The notes below the pieces were generated by a model, which was not told the origin of the DNA, did not search any database, and saw only the letters and a program-made list of their open reading frames with translations. Shown one piece after another: positions 33,692 to 43,014 of a stretch of DNA of 64,000 bases. The stretch is from Candidatus Latescibacterota bacterium. GTDB taxonomy: Bacteria; Latescibacterota; UBA2968; UBA8231. The DNA lies in contig CBDETK010000013.1 of NCBI GenBank assembly GCA_965242865.1, forward strand, positions 5,455,427 to 5,519,426. Reading direction: 5' to 3'. How positions within the stretch are numbered: the stretch's first letter is position 1; the number at the start of each line of letters is the position of its first letter. The position numbers and the translations under genes are program-made.

Positions 33692-34930
33692 CTACCCTGT
33701 GCTGCGCTCTTTCCACAGCCGAACCGTGAAGCGGTAATCCTCCGCTATCAGGTCCGGCTCGGTGCCGTTGTGGGCCAACATGCCGGGAATGATCTTGTTC
33801 CGCACGCCCATTCCACGCGCATCCACATAGCCGTAGTCGCGCATCACGTTGACTAGCGTCTGATTGCGGGCGTAGCGCAGTCCCAAGCGCATCCCGGCCG
33901 GCGTCACCGTGTTGGGCAAGCGACCCGGGCTGACCACTTCGAGGCGGTCGGAGAATATGACCAGCATGATGTCCGTTCCCACGATGCTATAATCGCGGTG
34001 TACTAGGGCGTTGGCCACGGCCTCGCGCACCGCTTCTTCGGGAAATTCCCAGCGGTCAATCCGCCGCGCCCCTTCCAAGTAGGCGGAAGGCGTCGTATTG
34101 CGCCGCACGAAATCCCACGCCTTATCTACAAGCCCCAGCTTGACAAACTCCCCATCCTCGGGGTCGCAGAGCGGAACCATAGGACCGTTGAGATCCTCGT
34201 CCGCACGGGTTGCATAATCCGGCTCCCGGCCTACGTAGCAAATCGCGCGAATGCCCGATTGCGGAAGAAACCGCTTGGGGTTCTTGCCGAACAGGAGCAT
34301 TCCGTCCACGGTTGCGACCATCCGGCCCGCTGTTGGGGTCGCAAGTTCGAGGTTTTGCAGCAGCCTTTGCCATTGATCGACATCGCTTGCCGGCGGAACG
34401 CTGCTGCCCAGAACGCGGCCAAAGTAATCGCGCAAGTGCCGCTGGCTGAGCGAGTCGATTGCCGTGCCGAGGACGGGCTTTAAGCCGTAACGGAACAGTC
34501 CCCCTTGTAAGTAGAGCCGTTCTTCTTCCTCGCGGCCAGCGGCTCGCGTGGTAGTACCGACGCGTACCTGAGTAACCCAATTTTCTCCGCGCTTAGCCTT
34601 GTACGGCTTATCCGGCGCATCGCGAGGCAGAGATATAATGCCGACGGTTTTCCCCTCTCCCCAGTCCACGGTCTCCCAATAGGGAATCGTCGCCGGCAAA
34701 ACGTGGGTACGCGCCGTTTCCATCACCCATTCTTCGACCTTGCGCGGCTCTCGCATGAGACCGGTAACCGAGCCATTGTCTTCGACGCCGAGGAAAATGT
34801 ACCCGCCTTCGAGATTGAGTAGAGCCACAATTTCCGCGGCGAGTCGTTCCGGGCGAAGATCGGCGCGTTTGAACTCCACGCCGGAGTTCTCGCCGCTGCG
34901 AATCAGTTCGACTAAGTCGTCTTTGTTCAT
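33692..34930 (-). CDS. COG2865-type protein (AlbA_2-like N-domain plus HATPase_c_4-like/wHTH), copy b
   Basis: 412-aa paralog of 27689..28924. I count 19 differences in the first 114 residues of the two track translations. Confidence 0.78.
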   Translation of the reverse strand: MNKDDLVELIRSGENSGVEFKRADLRPERLAAEIVALLNLEGGYIFLGVEDNGSVTGLMREPRKVEEWVMETARTHVLPATIPYWETVDWGEGKTVGIISLPRDAPDKPYKAKRGENWVTQVRVGTTTRAAGREEEERLYLQGGLFRYGLKPVLGTAIDSLSQRHLRDYFGRVLGSSVPPASDVDQWQRLLQNLELATPTAGRMVATVDGMLLFGKNPKRFLPQSGIRAICYVGREPDYATRADEDLNGPMVPLCDPEDGEFVKLGLVDKAWDFVRRNTTPSAYLEGARRIDRWEFPEEAVREAVANALVHRDYSIVGTDIMLVIFSDRLEVVSPGRLPNTVTPAGMRLGLRYARNQTLVNVMRDYGYVDARGMGVRNKIIPGMLAHNGTEPDLIAEDYRFTVRLWKERSTG

Positions 34931-34945
34931 GGCTTTATTCCCGCG

Positions 34946-36058
34946 TCACCGCGCAAAAAGTTCCCCCGCTTCCATCGTCAACTCGCGGCCCTGACCGCCG
35001 TCCTCGCGCACCACGAGTTGCCCGGCGGCGTATTCCACAGCGGCGACGCCGGCGAAGTCGGGGGGAATTTCCATGAGAAAGTTGGCGTAGTGAAAGACTT
35101 GGGTCTCGTCCGCATCGATGAAGCGCAAAATTTGGCGGCCAAAGATAGGGCCCTTTTGGACGAGTATCGGCCCGGGCTGATGTAAGCCCGTGGTGCCAAA
35201 CTCCAAGCCGCGGGCAAAGGGCTTGCCGTCGCGGACGTGCCGCCAAGCGTCGAACCACGGGTAGTCCGCTGTCGGCCAGATATAGCCGATCAGCAGCCCT
35301 TGGCCGGCGTTGATGGCCGTGGTCCAGCCGTATTCCGCTTCGACGATATAGGACACCACGGCCGGGGCCGCGTCATCCGTCAGATGGCGCATATCGACCT
35401 CGGTGCCGTCCTTTTTGCGGGCGTAGGGCCAGCGCACCTCCGGATCCTCTGGCGTCGGCATGGGCGTTTCCTGCATGAAGCCGCGCGTGCCGTTGGCGTC
35501 AACGCGGGTGCTCGCGTCCAAAAAGGGCGGGCCAATGGTCGGGTGCTGGACGATGTTGTACACGCGGCCCAAATGGCGCGTGTTGGTAACGGCCTCGGCC
35601 ACGGCAACCACGGCTTGGTCCTGATGCAGGCGAATCGAGCGTGCGACCGTTAGGCCGGCTAGGGGCAGCTCGGCCGATAGCTGGGCCACGAGAAAGCCAT
35701 CCGTAGCGCGGACGTCCTCGTCTTTTGTCCACCACACGCGCGTGGCCTCGCCGTGCCAGCCCATGCCGTGAGCTTGCTCGGCTTCGGTGGCCGGTCCCCA
35801 GCGGTCGAGGCACAGGAAGTGCCCCATGGAGCGCGGTTCCATGGGCGGGGCTTGGTCCGGGGTAGCACTGAAGGACCAAGAGTCCCATTGCAGGGGGTTG
35901 AGCGGGTTGCTTTTGAGGTGGAAATCGGCAATGGAGCCGCCGCCTAAATCGACGACTAACACCGCGGCTTGGCCGTCGAGGACGAGGCGGGGGCGGTCTG
36001 CGGCCGGGCTGGGCGCAGCGGCCCAGAGGAAGGTTGTGAGGCAGAGAATCCATCTCAT
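34946..36058 (-). CDS. secreted hypothetical protein (beta-rich; possibly mutarotase-like fold)
   Basis: 370 aa with signal peptide 'MRWILCLTTFLWAAAPSPA'. GC and codon style match the host. The fold suggestion is a guess only. Confidence 0.6.
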   Translation of the reverse strand: MRWILCLTTFLWAAAPSPAADRPRLVLDGQAAVLVVDLGGGSIADFHLKSNPLNPLQWDSWSFSATPDQAPPMEPRSMGHFLCLDRWGPATEAEQAHGMGWHGEATRVWWTKDEDVRATDGFLVAQLSAELPLAGLTVARSIRLHQDQAVVAVAEAVTNTRHLGRVYNIVQHPTIGPPFLDASTRVDANGTRGFMQETPMPTPEDPEVRWPYARKKDGTEVDMRHLTDDAAPAVVSYIVEAEYGWTTAINAGQGLLIGYIWPTADYPWFDAWRHVRDGKPFARGLEFGTTGLHQPGPILVQKGPIFGRQILRFIDADETQVFHYANFLMEIPPDFAGVAAVEYAAGQLVVREDGGQGRELTMEAGELFAR

Positions 36059-36140
36059 TGTGGTGCTCCTTTACGGGTGAAGGAATGGGCAACGGAACGC
36101 AACAACGTACTAGAAATTGACAGCAGGCAAAAGACGGCAG

Positions 36141-38225
36141 ATGTTGTTTCTAATGAGCGTCGTTCTGGTTGCTACCCTGTCTATTTCCATCCTCGCCCTA
36201 AGCGGCTGCCGCGAACCGGCCGGCCGCTCCGAGGCGTTCCGCGAATCGTACTACCGGGGCTTGGACTTGCTGGAGCGCTATCGGCTCCGGGCGGCCGAGC
36301 GGGCCTTTGCCCAGTGCGTCCGGCTGGAGCCCGAGGCGGCCGAGGGCTACTGGCAGCTAGGACGGGTGCGGCTCGTGCAGGGGCGGCTCGAAGAAGGCGT
36401 GGAGTTGCTGGAACGAGCTGCGGTGCTCGACCCTGCCTTGACGGCCGCGCGGTCTTTGGCGTTGGAGACCTTTTTGGGGCGGGGGAAAGAGGCACTCGAA
36501 GAGGGGCGGTTTGAACAGGCGGAAAGCTATTTGCAGCGGGCACTGGCCGCCGATCCCCAAGGCTACGAATCGCTCTACTGGGCGGCGATTGCCGCGCTGT
36601 GGCAGCAGGACTACGTGCGGGCCGACTCGATCTTGCAGCAGGCCGTGGCCTTGCATCCCGAGCCGTTGGAATTGCGCTGGCACCGGCAGTGGTTGCAGGA
36701 GGCCTTGGGGCGGCCGGCCACCGGGGCCTTTGCCGATGCCGTGCCGCCGGGACCGATCGGCGGGCGGTTTAGCGAAATCGGGGCCGAGGTGGGGGTCGAT
36801 AAGTTCGACGGGGGCCGCGCCAGTGCGTGGGCCGACTACGACGAGGATGGCGACCTCGACTTGGTCGTCATCGGCCATCCCGCCTTGGCGTACTTTCGCA
36901 ACGACGGCGCGCGCTTTGCCGAGCGGACGCAGGCGGCCGGATTGGTGCGGCCCGAGGGCGGCATTGGGGTGCAGACGGCCGACTACGACAACGACGGCGA
37001 CGCCGATCTATATGTGACGCGCGATGGCTGGTTTGGCGGCGGGGTGAACGCGCTCTTCCAAAACGACGGCCGGGGGGGCTTTGCCGATGTGACCCAAGCG
37101 TCGGGCACGGGCGATCCCGGGTCGAGCTTTTGCGCGGCGTGGAGCGACTTCAACCGCGACGGCTATCTCGACCTCTACGTGGCCAACGGCACGGGCGCGA
37201 CCGGGGATTCGACCAATGTGCTCTACCGCAATCAGGGCGACGGCACCTTTGCCGACGTGGCGGCGGCCGCTGGGGTGGCTCACCAGGGGCAGACGTTGAG
37301 CGCGGCGTGGGGCGACTTTGACGGCGATGGCTGGCCCGACCTGTACGCGTGCAATTTTACCGAGCCGAATGTGCTTTTCCGCAATCGGGGCGACGGCACT
37401 TTTGCCGATCAGACGGTCACGGCCGGCGTAGGGGCCGAGTACATCGACGGCTTTATAACGTTTGTCCTCGACTACGACAACGACGGTGCGCTGGATATTT
37501 TCGTGGGCAACTGGAGCCAGTACTCGGTAGTGCTGGCCGACCGCGTCGCCGGAAAGTCAACCAGCCAGCGCGACCGGCCGGTGCTTTTCCGCAATCGGGG
37601 CGACGGCACCTTCGCCGATGTGACCCAAGCCGCCGGGCTGGCGCGGGCGCTGGGCACGATGAGTGGCGTTCCCGGGGATGTGGATAACGACGGCTACATA
37701 GACATCTACCTCGGCAACGGCGGGCCGCAGATGGGCCGGCGCGAGCCGGATGTGCTTTTCCGCAATCAGGGCGACGGGACCTTTGCCGATGCGACCGAAG
37801 CGGCTGGCTTGGGGCACTTGGGAAAATCGCACGGCGTGACCTTTGCCGATTACGACCGCGACGGCGACCTCGACCTGTACGCGCCCGTGGGCGGCGCCCA
37901 ACCCGGCGACCAGTGGCCCAACGCATTCTACCGCAGCGAAGGCTTTGGCAATCACTACTTGGTCTTGGAATTGGAAGGCGTCGAGAGCAATCGCGACGGG
38001 ATCGGGGCCAAGGTCTGGGTGCATTCCGGCGAGTTAATGCAGTTTGCCGAAGTGGCTTCGGGGTACAGCTTTGGCAACAGCAACAGCCTAGAGCTGGAAT
38101 TTGGTTTGGGGCAACGGCTGCGGGTCGAGCGCATTGAGGTGGCGTGGCCCAGCGGGCAGGTTGACGTGCATCGGGACATTGAGGCCGACCAGCACTTGCT
38201 GCTGCGGGAGGGGGAGACGCGGTGA
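36141..38225 (+). CDS. lipoprotein with N-terminal TPR region, FG-GAP/VCBS repeats and a C-terminal ASPIC/UnbV domain (CRTAC1 family)
   Basis: The ATG at 36141 gives 'MLFLMSVVLVATLSISILALSGC' (lipobox). There are repeated 'DYDNDGDxDLYV' units, and the C-terminus 'NRDGIGAKVWV...SGYSFGNSNSLELEFGLG' is ASPIC/UnbV-like. Confidence 0.85.
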   Translation: MLFLMSVVLVATLSISILALSGCREPAGRSEAFRESYYRGLDLLERYRLRAAERAFAQCVRLEPEAAEGYWQLGRVRLVQGRLEEGVELLERAAVLDPALTAARSLALETFLGRGKEALEEGRFEQAESYLQRALAADPQGYESLYWAAIAALWQQDYVRADSILQQAVALHPEPLELRWHRQWLQEALGRPATGAFADAVPPGPIGGRFSEIGAEVGVDKFDGGRASAWADYDEDGDLDLVVIGHPALAYFRNDGARFAERTQAAGLVRPEGGIGVQTADYDNDGDADLYVTRDGWFGGGVNALFQNDGRGGFADVTQASGTGDPGSSFCAAWSDFNRDGYLDLYVANGTGATGDSTNVLYRNQGDGTFADVAAAAGVAHQGQTLSAAWGDFDGDGWPDLYACNFTEPNVLFRNRGDGTFADQTVTAGVGAEYIDGFITFVLDYDNDGALDIFVGNWSQYSVVLADRVAGKSTSQRDRPVLFRNRGDGTFADVTQAAGLARALGTMSGVPGDVDNDGYIDIYLGNGGPQMGRREPDVLFRNQGDGTFADATEAAGLGHLGKSHGVTFADYDRDGDLDLYAPVGGAQPGDQWPNAFYRSEGFGNHYLVLELEGVESNRDGIGAKVWVHSGELMQFAEVASGYSFGNSNSLELEFGLGQRLRVERIEVAWPSGQVDVHRDIEADQHLLLREGETR

Positions 38226-39607
38226 GGGGGTCGGCTGCCATCGCGCTCTTGTTGGCCGGGTGCGCCGCGCCGGACGCGCCCGAGGCCCATCGCCAAGCGC
38301 AGGCGCTGATCGCCGGTCGGCCCCTGCGGACCTTGAGTCCGGCCGAATTGGCTCAAGCCGAACAGCTCGTCACACGGGCGCGGGACCTCGACCCGACGCG
38401 GCCCGAGGCGACTTTTGCCTTGGCCGCGCTCTACGTGGCGCGCGGTGCGTACGAAGACGCGACCGCGCTCTACCGCAGCCTAGTGGAAGCGCACCCGGAC
38501 GACGGGCGGGCCTACGCCGAGTTGGGGTTTAGCTTGGCCGCGCAAGGGCGCTATAGCGGCGCGTTGCGCGCCTATCAGGATGCCGTGCGCCGAGGCGAGA
38601 AATCGGCGCGGCTGTACGCGCGGCTGGGCCACGCCTATCAGGCGCTGGGGCACTTGCGGGAAAACCTCCACGCGGCGCAGGCGGCCTATCGCGCATCCCT
38701 CCAGCTTGCGCCCGAGCAGGCCGAGGTGCGCTACCAGCTAGCGCGCGTAGCGGCGCGGTTGGGGCAAGATGAGGAGGCGCGGACGCTGATGCAGCAGGCA
38801 CTCGACGCCGCGCCCCAAGACTTGGGGATCCGGGCCGACCTCGCCGCGCTCTACCGAGAGGCCGGTCAACGGGAACAGGCGCACGCCGCACTCGTCGAGG
38901 GGTTGGCGGCTGGCGATGGGGGGGGCGAGGAAGCGGTCTTGTACTGCGAGTTGGGGCGGCTGCTCTGGGAGGAAGGGGATGGCGTCGGTGCCCTAGCCCA
39001 GTTTGAACGGGCGCGGGCGGCCGATCCCGACCTGCCCCCGGTCTATCGCTATTTAGGTTTGATCCACAGCGCGGCCGGGCGGCTGGACTCGGCACTCGCC
39101 GCGTTTGTCGAGTTGGCGAACCAACAGCCTAGAGATGCAGCGGCCCAAGTGAGCATCGGCATCGTCCACAGCCGCACAGGTGCGCTCGCCGCGGCTGAAG
39201 AGGCGTTTGAAACGGCCCTCGCGTTGGGCGGTGCCGAAGGGGACGCGGCCCTGAAGTTGGGCGGGTTGTACGTGCATCAGCGGCGGCTACGCGCGGCCGT
39301 GCAGGTGTTCAAAGAAGCCACGGTCGCGCACCCGCACCACGCCGAGCTTTTTGCGTCGCTCGGCGATGTCTATCGGCAGTTGGGCTTGCTCGCCGCGGCC
39401 GCGCAGGCCGGCGAAGAGGCCGTCCGGCTCGAACCGGAGCGGGCGCTGTGGCGCTTCCATCTCGCCGCGACGTACGAAAAATTAGATCCCGAGCGAGCGC
39501 GGGCCGAGTGGCGCGCGTACGCATCACTGGCCGAGGGCGACGAGCGCGAGGCCCAGCGGTTGGCGCAGGTTCGCTCGCGCCGGCAAACTTTGCAACAGGA
39601 GGAATGA
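38222..39607 (+). CDS. TPR-repeat lipoprotein
   Basis: 461 aa. 'AIALLLAGC' lipobox and multiple A/L/Y/G-rich 34-residue repeats. The GTG start overlaps the preceding stop (GTGA). Confidence 0.78.
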   Translation: MRGSAAIALLLAGCAAPDAPEAHRQAQALIAGRPLRTLSPAELAQAEQLVTRARDLDPTRPEATFALAALYVARGAYEDATALYRSLVEAHPDDGRAYAELGFSLAAQGRYSGALRAYQDAVRRGEKSARLYARLGHAYQALGHLRENLHAAQAAYRASLQLAPEQAEVRYQLARVAARLGQDEEARTLMQQALDAAPQDLGIRADLAALYREAGQREQAHAALVEGLAAGDGGGEEAVLYCELGRLLWEEGDGVGALAQFERARAADPDLPPVYRYLGLIHSAAGRLDSALAAFVELANQQPRDAAAQVSIGIVHSRTGALAAAEEAFETALALGGAEGDAALKLGGLYVHQRRLRAAVQVFKEATVAHPHHAELFASLGDVYRQLGLLAAAAQAGEEAVRLEPERALWRFHLAATYEKLDPERARAEWRAYASLAEGDEREAQRLAQVRSRRQTLQQEE

Positions 39608-40470
39608 TGATCGACCTAGTGGCTTTTGACCTCGACGGCACGGTGCTCGACTCAGAGGGGCGGTTGGCGGCTTCGGCCGTGGCCGCGCTCGAGGAACTGA
39701 TCGGGCGCGGCATCCCCATCGCCAGCATCAGCGGGCGCAGCATGCTCCGCATCGAACATTGTTTTGCAGCCCATCCAGCCTTGGCGCGGGCACTCTACAT
39801 GGCCGGCTACAACGGCTCGGTGATTCTCGGGCCGGGCGAAGGGGCCGGGCGCACGGTGTTGCGCGAGGAGCGGCTGGACGAGGCGTCCTTTGCCCAGCTC
39901 GTCGAATACGGGCGCGCCGAGGGGCTGAACCTGATCTACTGCCTATTTGAACGCACGGCCGCGGGGATCGCCGAGGAGTACCGCCACGTCCGGCCCATCG
40001 ATCACCTCGAAGCACTCGGCGGCCCGGGCATGGTGCTCGACGCGGATTTGTACGCGCGTTGCCAGCGCGGCGAGTTCGGCGCACCGCCCAAGATCATGCT
40101 GGAGGTCGCCCCCGAGCGACGGGACCAGCACATCGCCGCGATCGAGGCCCTGTGCGGCGATCAGGTCTATGTGGCGTGGGCACTGCCCGACCGGGTGGAA
40201 TTTATGCGGCGGGGCGTGGATAAGGGCGTGGCCTTGCGGACGCTGGCCGAGCGGGTGGGCGGGTGCGTGGAGCGCGTCTTGGCGATTGGGGACGCGGACA
40301 ACGACTTGCCCATGTTGCGCGCGGCCGGGACCGGGGTGTTGCTGGGCAATGCAAAGGACGAGGTAAAAGCGGCCGTGGCCGGAGAGGACGTGCGGATTGG
40401 CCCGGGGATGGCCGAGGATGGCTTCGCCAAAATGGTGTGGGAATACGCGCTGGACGGGGAGCAGCCGTGA
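39604..40470 (+). CDS. HAD-superfamily hydrolase, Cof-type (IIB)
   Basis: 'MMIDLVAFDLDGTVLD' (DxDGT motif I), 'ISGRS' and 'LAIGDADNDLPML' (motif IV). There is an ATGA overlap with the TPR gene stop. Confidence 0.85.
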   Translation: MMIDLVAFDLDGTVLDSEGRLAASAVAALEELIGRGIPIASISGRSMLRIEHCFAAHPALARALYMAGYNGSVILGPGEGAGRTVLREERLDEASFAQLVEYGRAEGLNLIYCLFERTAAGIAEEYRHVRPIDHLEALGGPGMVLDADLYARCQRGEFGAPPKIMLEVAPERRDQHIAAIEALCGDQVYVAWALPDRVEFMRRGVDKGVALRTLAERVGGCVERVLAIGDADNDLPMLRAAGTGVLLGNAKDEVKAAVAGEDVRIGPGMAEDGFAKMVWEYALDGEQP

Positions 40471-41138
40471 TGCGGGTGTTGTGCGGAATCGCGCTGTGGG
40501 TCGCCGTGGCGTCCGCGGAGGAGGGCGGGGAGATGGTACAGATCGAGGGGAAGAATCACAGGTTCTACCTAGACAAGTACGAGGTGACCAACGCGGAGTA
40601 TGCCGCGTTTTTGACCGCCAAGGGAAACGCCAAAGTGGAAGGGGTGTTCTGGGTGGAACTGGGCAGCCGATATACGGCCCTCGTGGAGCAAGACAGCGTG
40701 TATCAGGTCAAAGAAGGGTTTGCGCGGCATCCGGTCATTGAGGTGTCGTGGTACGGGGCCAGGGCCTATTGCCGGTGGGCGGGCAAGCGCCTGCCGACCG
40801 AGGAGGAATGGCAATTCGCCTGCGCCGGGGCCGACGCGCGAAAGTACCCGTGGGGAGCAGACTTCGAGGCGGGACGCGCCAACATCTTCGGCGACGCGGA
40901 CGGCTACCGGCGGACCGCGCCGGTGGGGTCCTTTCCGCGGGGGGCCAGCCCCTTTGGCCTCTTGGATATGGGCGGCAATGTGTGGGAGTGGACGCAAGGC
41001 GGCGAGAAAATGCAGTTTCTGCGTGGGGGATCGTGGATCAACGGCCCCACCTTGGCCCAGTGCAACAAGCGGACCAACACCAAGGACTCGCACTCGTACA
41101 TCAAGGGCAACACCATAGGCTTCCGCTGCGCCCGCTAA
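40470..41138 (+). CDS. secreted FGE-sulfatase (SUMF1-like) domain protein
   Basis: 'YLDKYEVTNAEYAAFL', 'HPVIEVSWYGARAYCRWAGKRLPTEEEW', 'GNVWEWT' and 'RGGSW...GFRCA'. A signal peptide follows the ATG at 40470, which overlaps the HAD stop. Confidence 0.85.
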   Translation: MRVLCGIALWVAVASAEEGGEMVQIEGKNHRFYLDKYEVTNAEYAAFLTAKGNAKVEGVFWVELGSRYTALVEQDSVYQVKEGFARHPVIEVSWYGARAYCRWAGKRLPTEEEWQFACAGADARKYPWGADFEAGRANIFGDADGYRRTAPVGSFPRGASPFGLLDMGGNVWEWTQGGEKMQFLRGGSWINGPTLAQCNKRTNTKDSHSYIKGNTIGFRCAR

Positions 41139-42776
41139 ATGCTCGCGCCCATTTTTGCCCTCCTGCTCGTCGGAGCCAGCACCCGGGCCGATCCCTTTTT
41201 CGTGGATGCGACGCGGGAAGCCGGCTTGGACCATCCCACCATCAGCGGCGGCCCGCACAAGCGCTTCATCCTCGAATCGATCGGCAGCGGCGCGGCGTTT
41301 TTCGACTACGACCGCGATGGCGACCTCGACCTGTACGTGGCCAATGGCTCGACCTACGCCAACTATGGCACAGGGCCGGGCAATGTGCTCTACCGCAACG
41401 ACGGCGGTGCCTTTGTGGCGCGGGTCGCCGGCGTGGAAGATTCGAGTTGGAGCATGGGAGTAGCGGTGGGGGATTACGACGGCGACGGGCAGCGCGATCT
41501 CTATGTGACCAACTACGGGGCGGACGCGCTCTATCGCAATCGCGGCGACGGCACCTTTGCCGCAGTCGCCGCGCCGCCCGGGGTTGCCGGCGATCGCTTC
41601 AGCACGAGCGCGGCGTTTTTCGACTACGACCGCGACGGCGACCTCGACCTGTACGTGGCCCATTACGTGATCTTCGACATTGAGCCGGTGCTGCAAGACC
41701 CGGAATTGGCAGACCCTTGCGTCTATTTGGGCGGGCTGCGGGTCTTTTGCGGGCCGCAGGGCATGGCGGGCGGGCGGGATCGGCTCTACCGCAACGACAG
41801 CGGCCGCTTTGCCGATGTCACGGTCGCGTCCGGCGTGGCCGAGGCCAATGCCCACTATGGCTTGGGCGTGGTGCCGGCCGACTTGGACCGCGACGGCGAC
41901 TTAGACCTGTTCGTGGCCAACGACGAGACGCCCAATGCGCTGTTCCGCAACGACGGCGGCCGCTTGATCGATGTAGCCTTGGCGGCCGGCGTGGCGTACA
42001 ACGGCGATGGCGAGGCCGAGGCGAGCATGGGGGTGGATGCGGCCGATTGCGACGGCGATGGCGATTTGGACCTGTATGTGACCAACTTCTACGGCGAGAC
42101 CAATACGCTCTATTTGAACTCGGGCGACGGAACCTTTATCGACGCCACGAGCGAGCGCGGCTTGGCCGCCCCTACGGTGGGCTATCTAGGTTGGGGGACG
42201 CGCTTTTTTGACTTCGACTTCGACGGCGACTTGGACCTGTTCGTTGCCAACGGCCACATCTATCCCCAAGTGGATCACGCCCAGGCCGGAGGCACGTATG
42301 CCCAGCGCAACCAGCTTTTTGCCAACGCGGGCCCGGGCGTCTTTGCTGCGGTGGAAGGGGCCGGTCCCGGGCTGCTGGTGCAAAAGTCGAGCCGGGCGGC
42401 CATCAGCGGCGACTACGACCAAGACGGCGATGTCGATCTGTTCACGACCAATATCGACGATAGCCCGACGCTCTTGCGCAACGAGACGCCCTCCGGTCGC
42501 TACCTCGTGGTGCAAATCGAACCGGAAGCCGTCGGCACTTGGGTGCGGCTGGTCGCGGGCGGGCGGACGCAGGTGCGGCAGGTCGGTGGGGCGGCGAGCT
42601 ATTTGGGCCACAGCGACGGGCGGCTCCACTTTGGCGTGGGCCGAGCCGAGCGCGTGGAACGCTTGGAGGTGGTGTGGCCCGATGGCGCGGTGACGCGGCG
42701 GGAGGATCTGCCGGTGGATGAGCTGGTGATCGCATATAAGGAGGGGAAATTGGGCCGTGTGCATAAGCGGCCGTGA
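41139..42776 (+). CDS. FG-GAP/VCBS repeat protein with ASPIC/UnbV C-terminal domain (CRTAC1 family)
   Basis: 545 aa with a signal peptide, repeated 'FFDYDRDGDLDLYVAN' units, and the C-terminus 'GGAASYLGHSDGRLHFGVG...VEVVWPDG'. It starts at the nucleotide following the FGE-gene stop. Confidence 0.87.
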   Translation: MLAPIFALLLVGASTRADPFFVDATREAGLDHPTISGGPHKRFILESIGSGAAFFDYDRDGDLDLYVANGSTYANYGTGPGNVLYRNDGGAFVARVAGVEDSSWSMGVAVGDYDGDGQRDLYVTNYGADALYRNRGDGTFAAVAAPPGVAGDRFSTSAAFFDYDRDGDLDLYVAHYVIFDIEPVLQDPELADPCVYLGGLRVFCGPQGMAGGRDRLYRNDSGRFADVTVASGVAEANAHYGLGVVPADLDRDGDLDLFVANDETPNALFRNDGGRLIDVALAAGVAYNGDGEAEASMGVDAADCDGDGDLDLYVTNFYGETNTLYLNSGDGTFIDATSERGLAAPTVGYLGWGTRFFDFDFDGDLDLFVANGHIYPQVDHAQAGGTYAQRNQLFANAGPGVFAAVEGAGPGLLVQKSSRAAISGDYDQDGDVDLFTTNIDDSPTLLRNETPSGRYLVVQIEPEAVGTWVRLVAGGRTQVRQVGGAASYLGHSDGRLHFGVGRAERVERLEVVWPDGAVTRREDLPVDELVIAYKEGKLGRVHKRP

Positions 42777-43014
42777 CGAAGGTGCTGCTCGCCTTGCTCG
42801 ATGGCCCAACACCGGCGACTTTGCTGGCCATATCAACGGCGTCTAGCGTATTATAAGGGTGTCAACAAAAACGAGGATTTTCCTAGAAACCTGAAGGAAC
42901 AATCATGCAACGGCCTCGCAGCTACAAAAACCCGCCTATATAGCAATTCTAAATTATTCAAGAGATGTTATATATTGCTGTAATTCCTACTTCTTTGGAG
43001 CTATCCAAATTACC

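Noticed and set aside
36181-42836. Long antisense ORFs in the FG-GAP genes (40569..41855-, 37453..38241-, 42186..42836-, 36357..36878-).
   Set aside because: They are mirror-frame artefacts of the repetitive GC-rich DxDxDG repeats. The translations are H/R/V/A-rich with no start context, and the sense frames have clear family motifs.
42777-43014. Island boundaries of the helicase/TerY-P block (also 52215-52407), inspected for tRNA genes, att-like direct repeats or integrase fragments.
   Set aside because: I could not see a tRNA-like cloverleaf, a shared direct repeat or a recombinase ORF. The left spacer is simply AT-rich and promoter-like.
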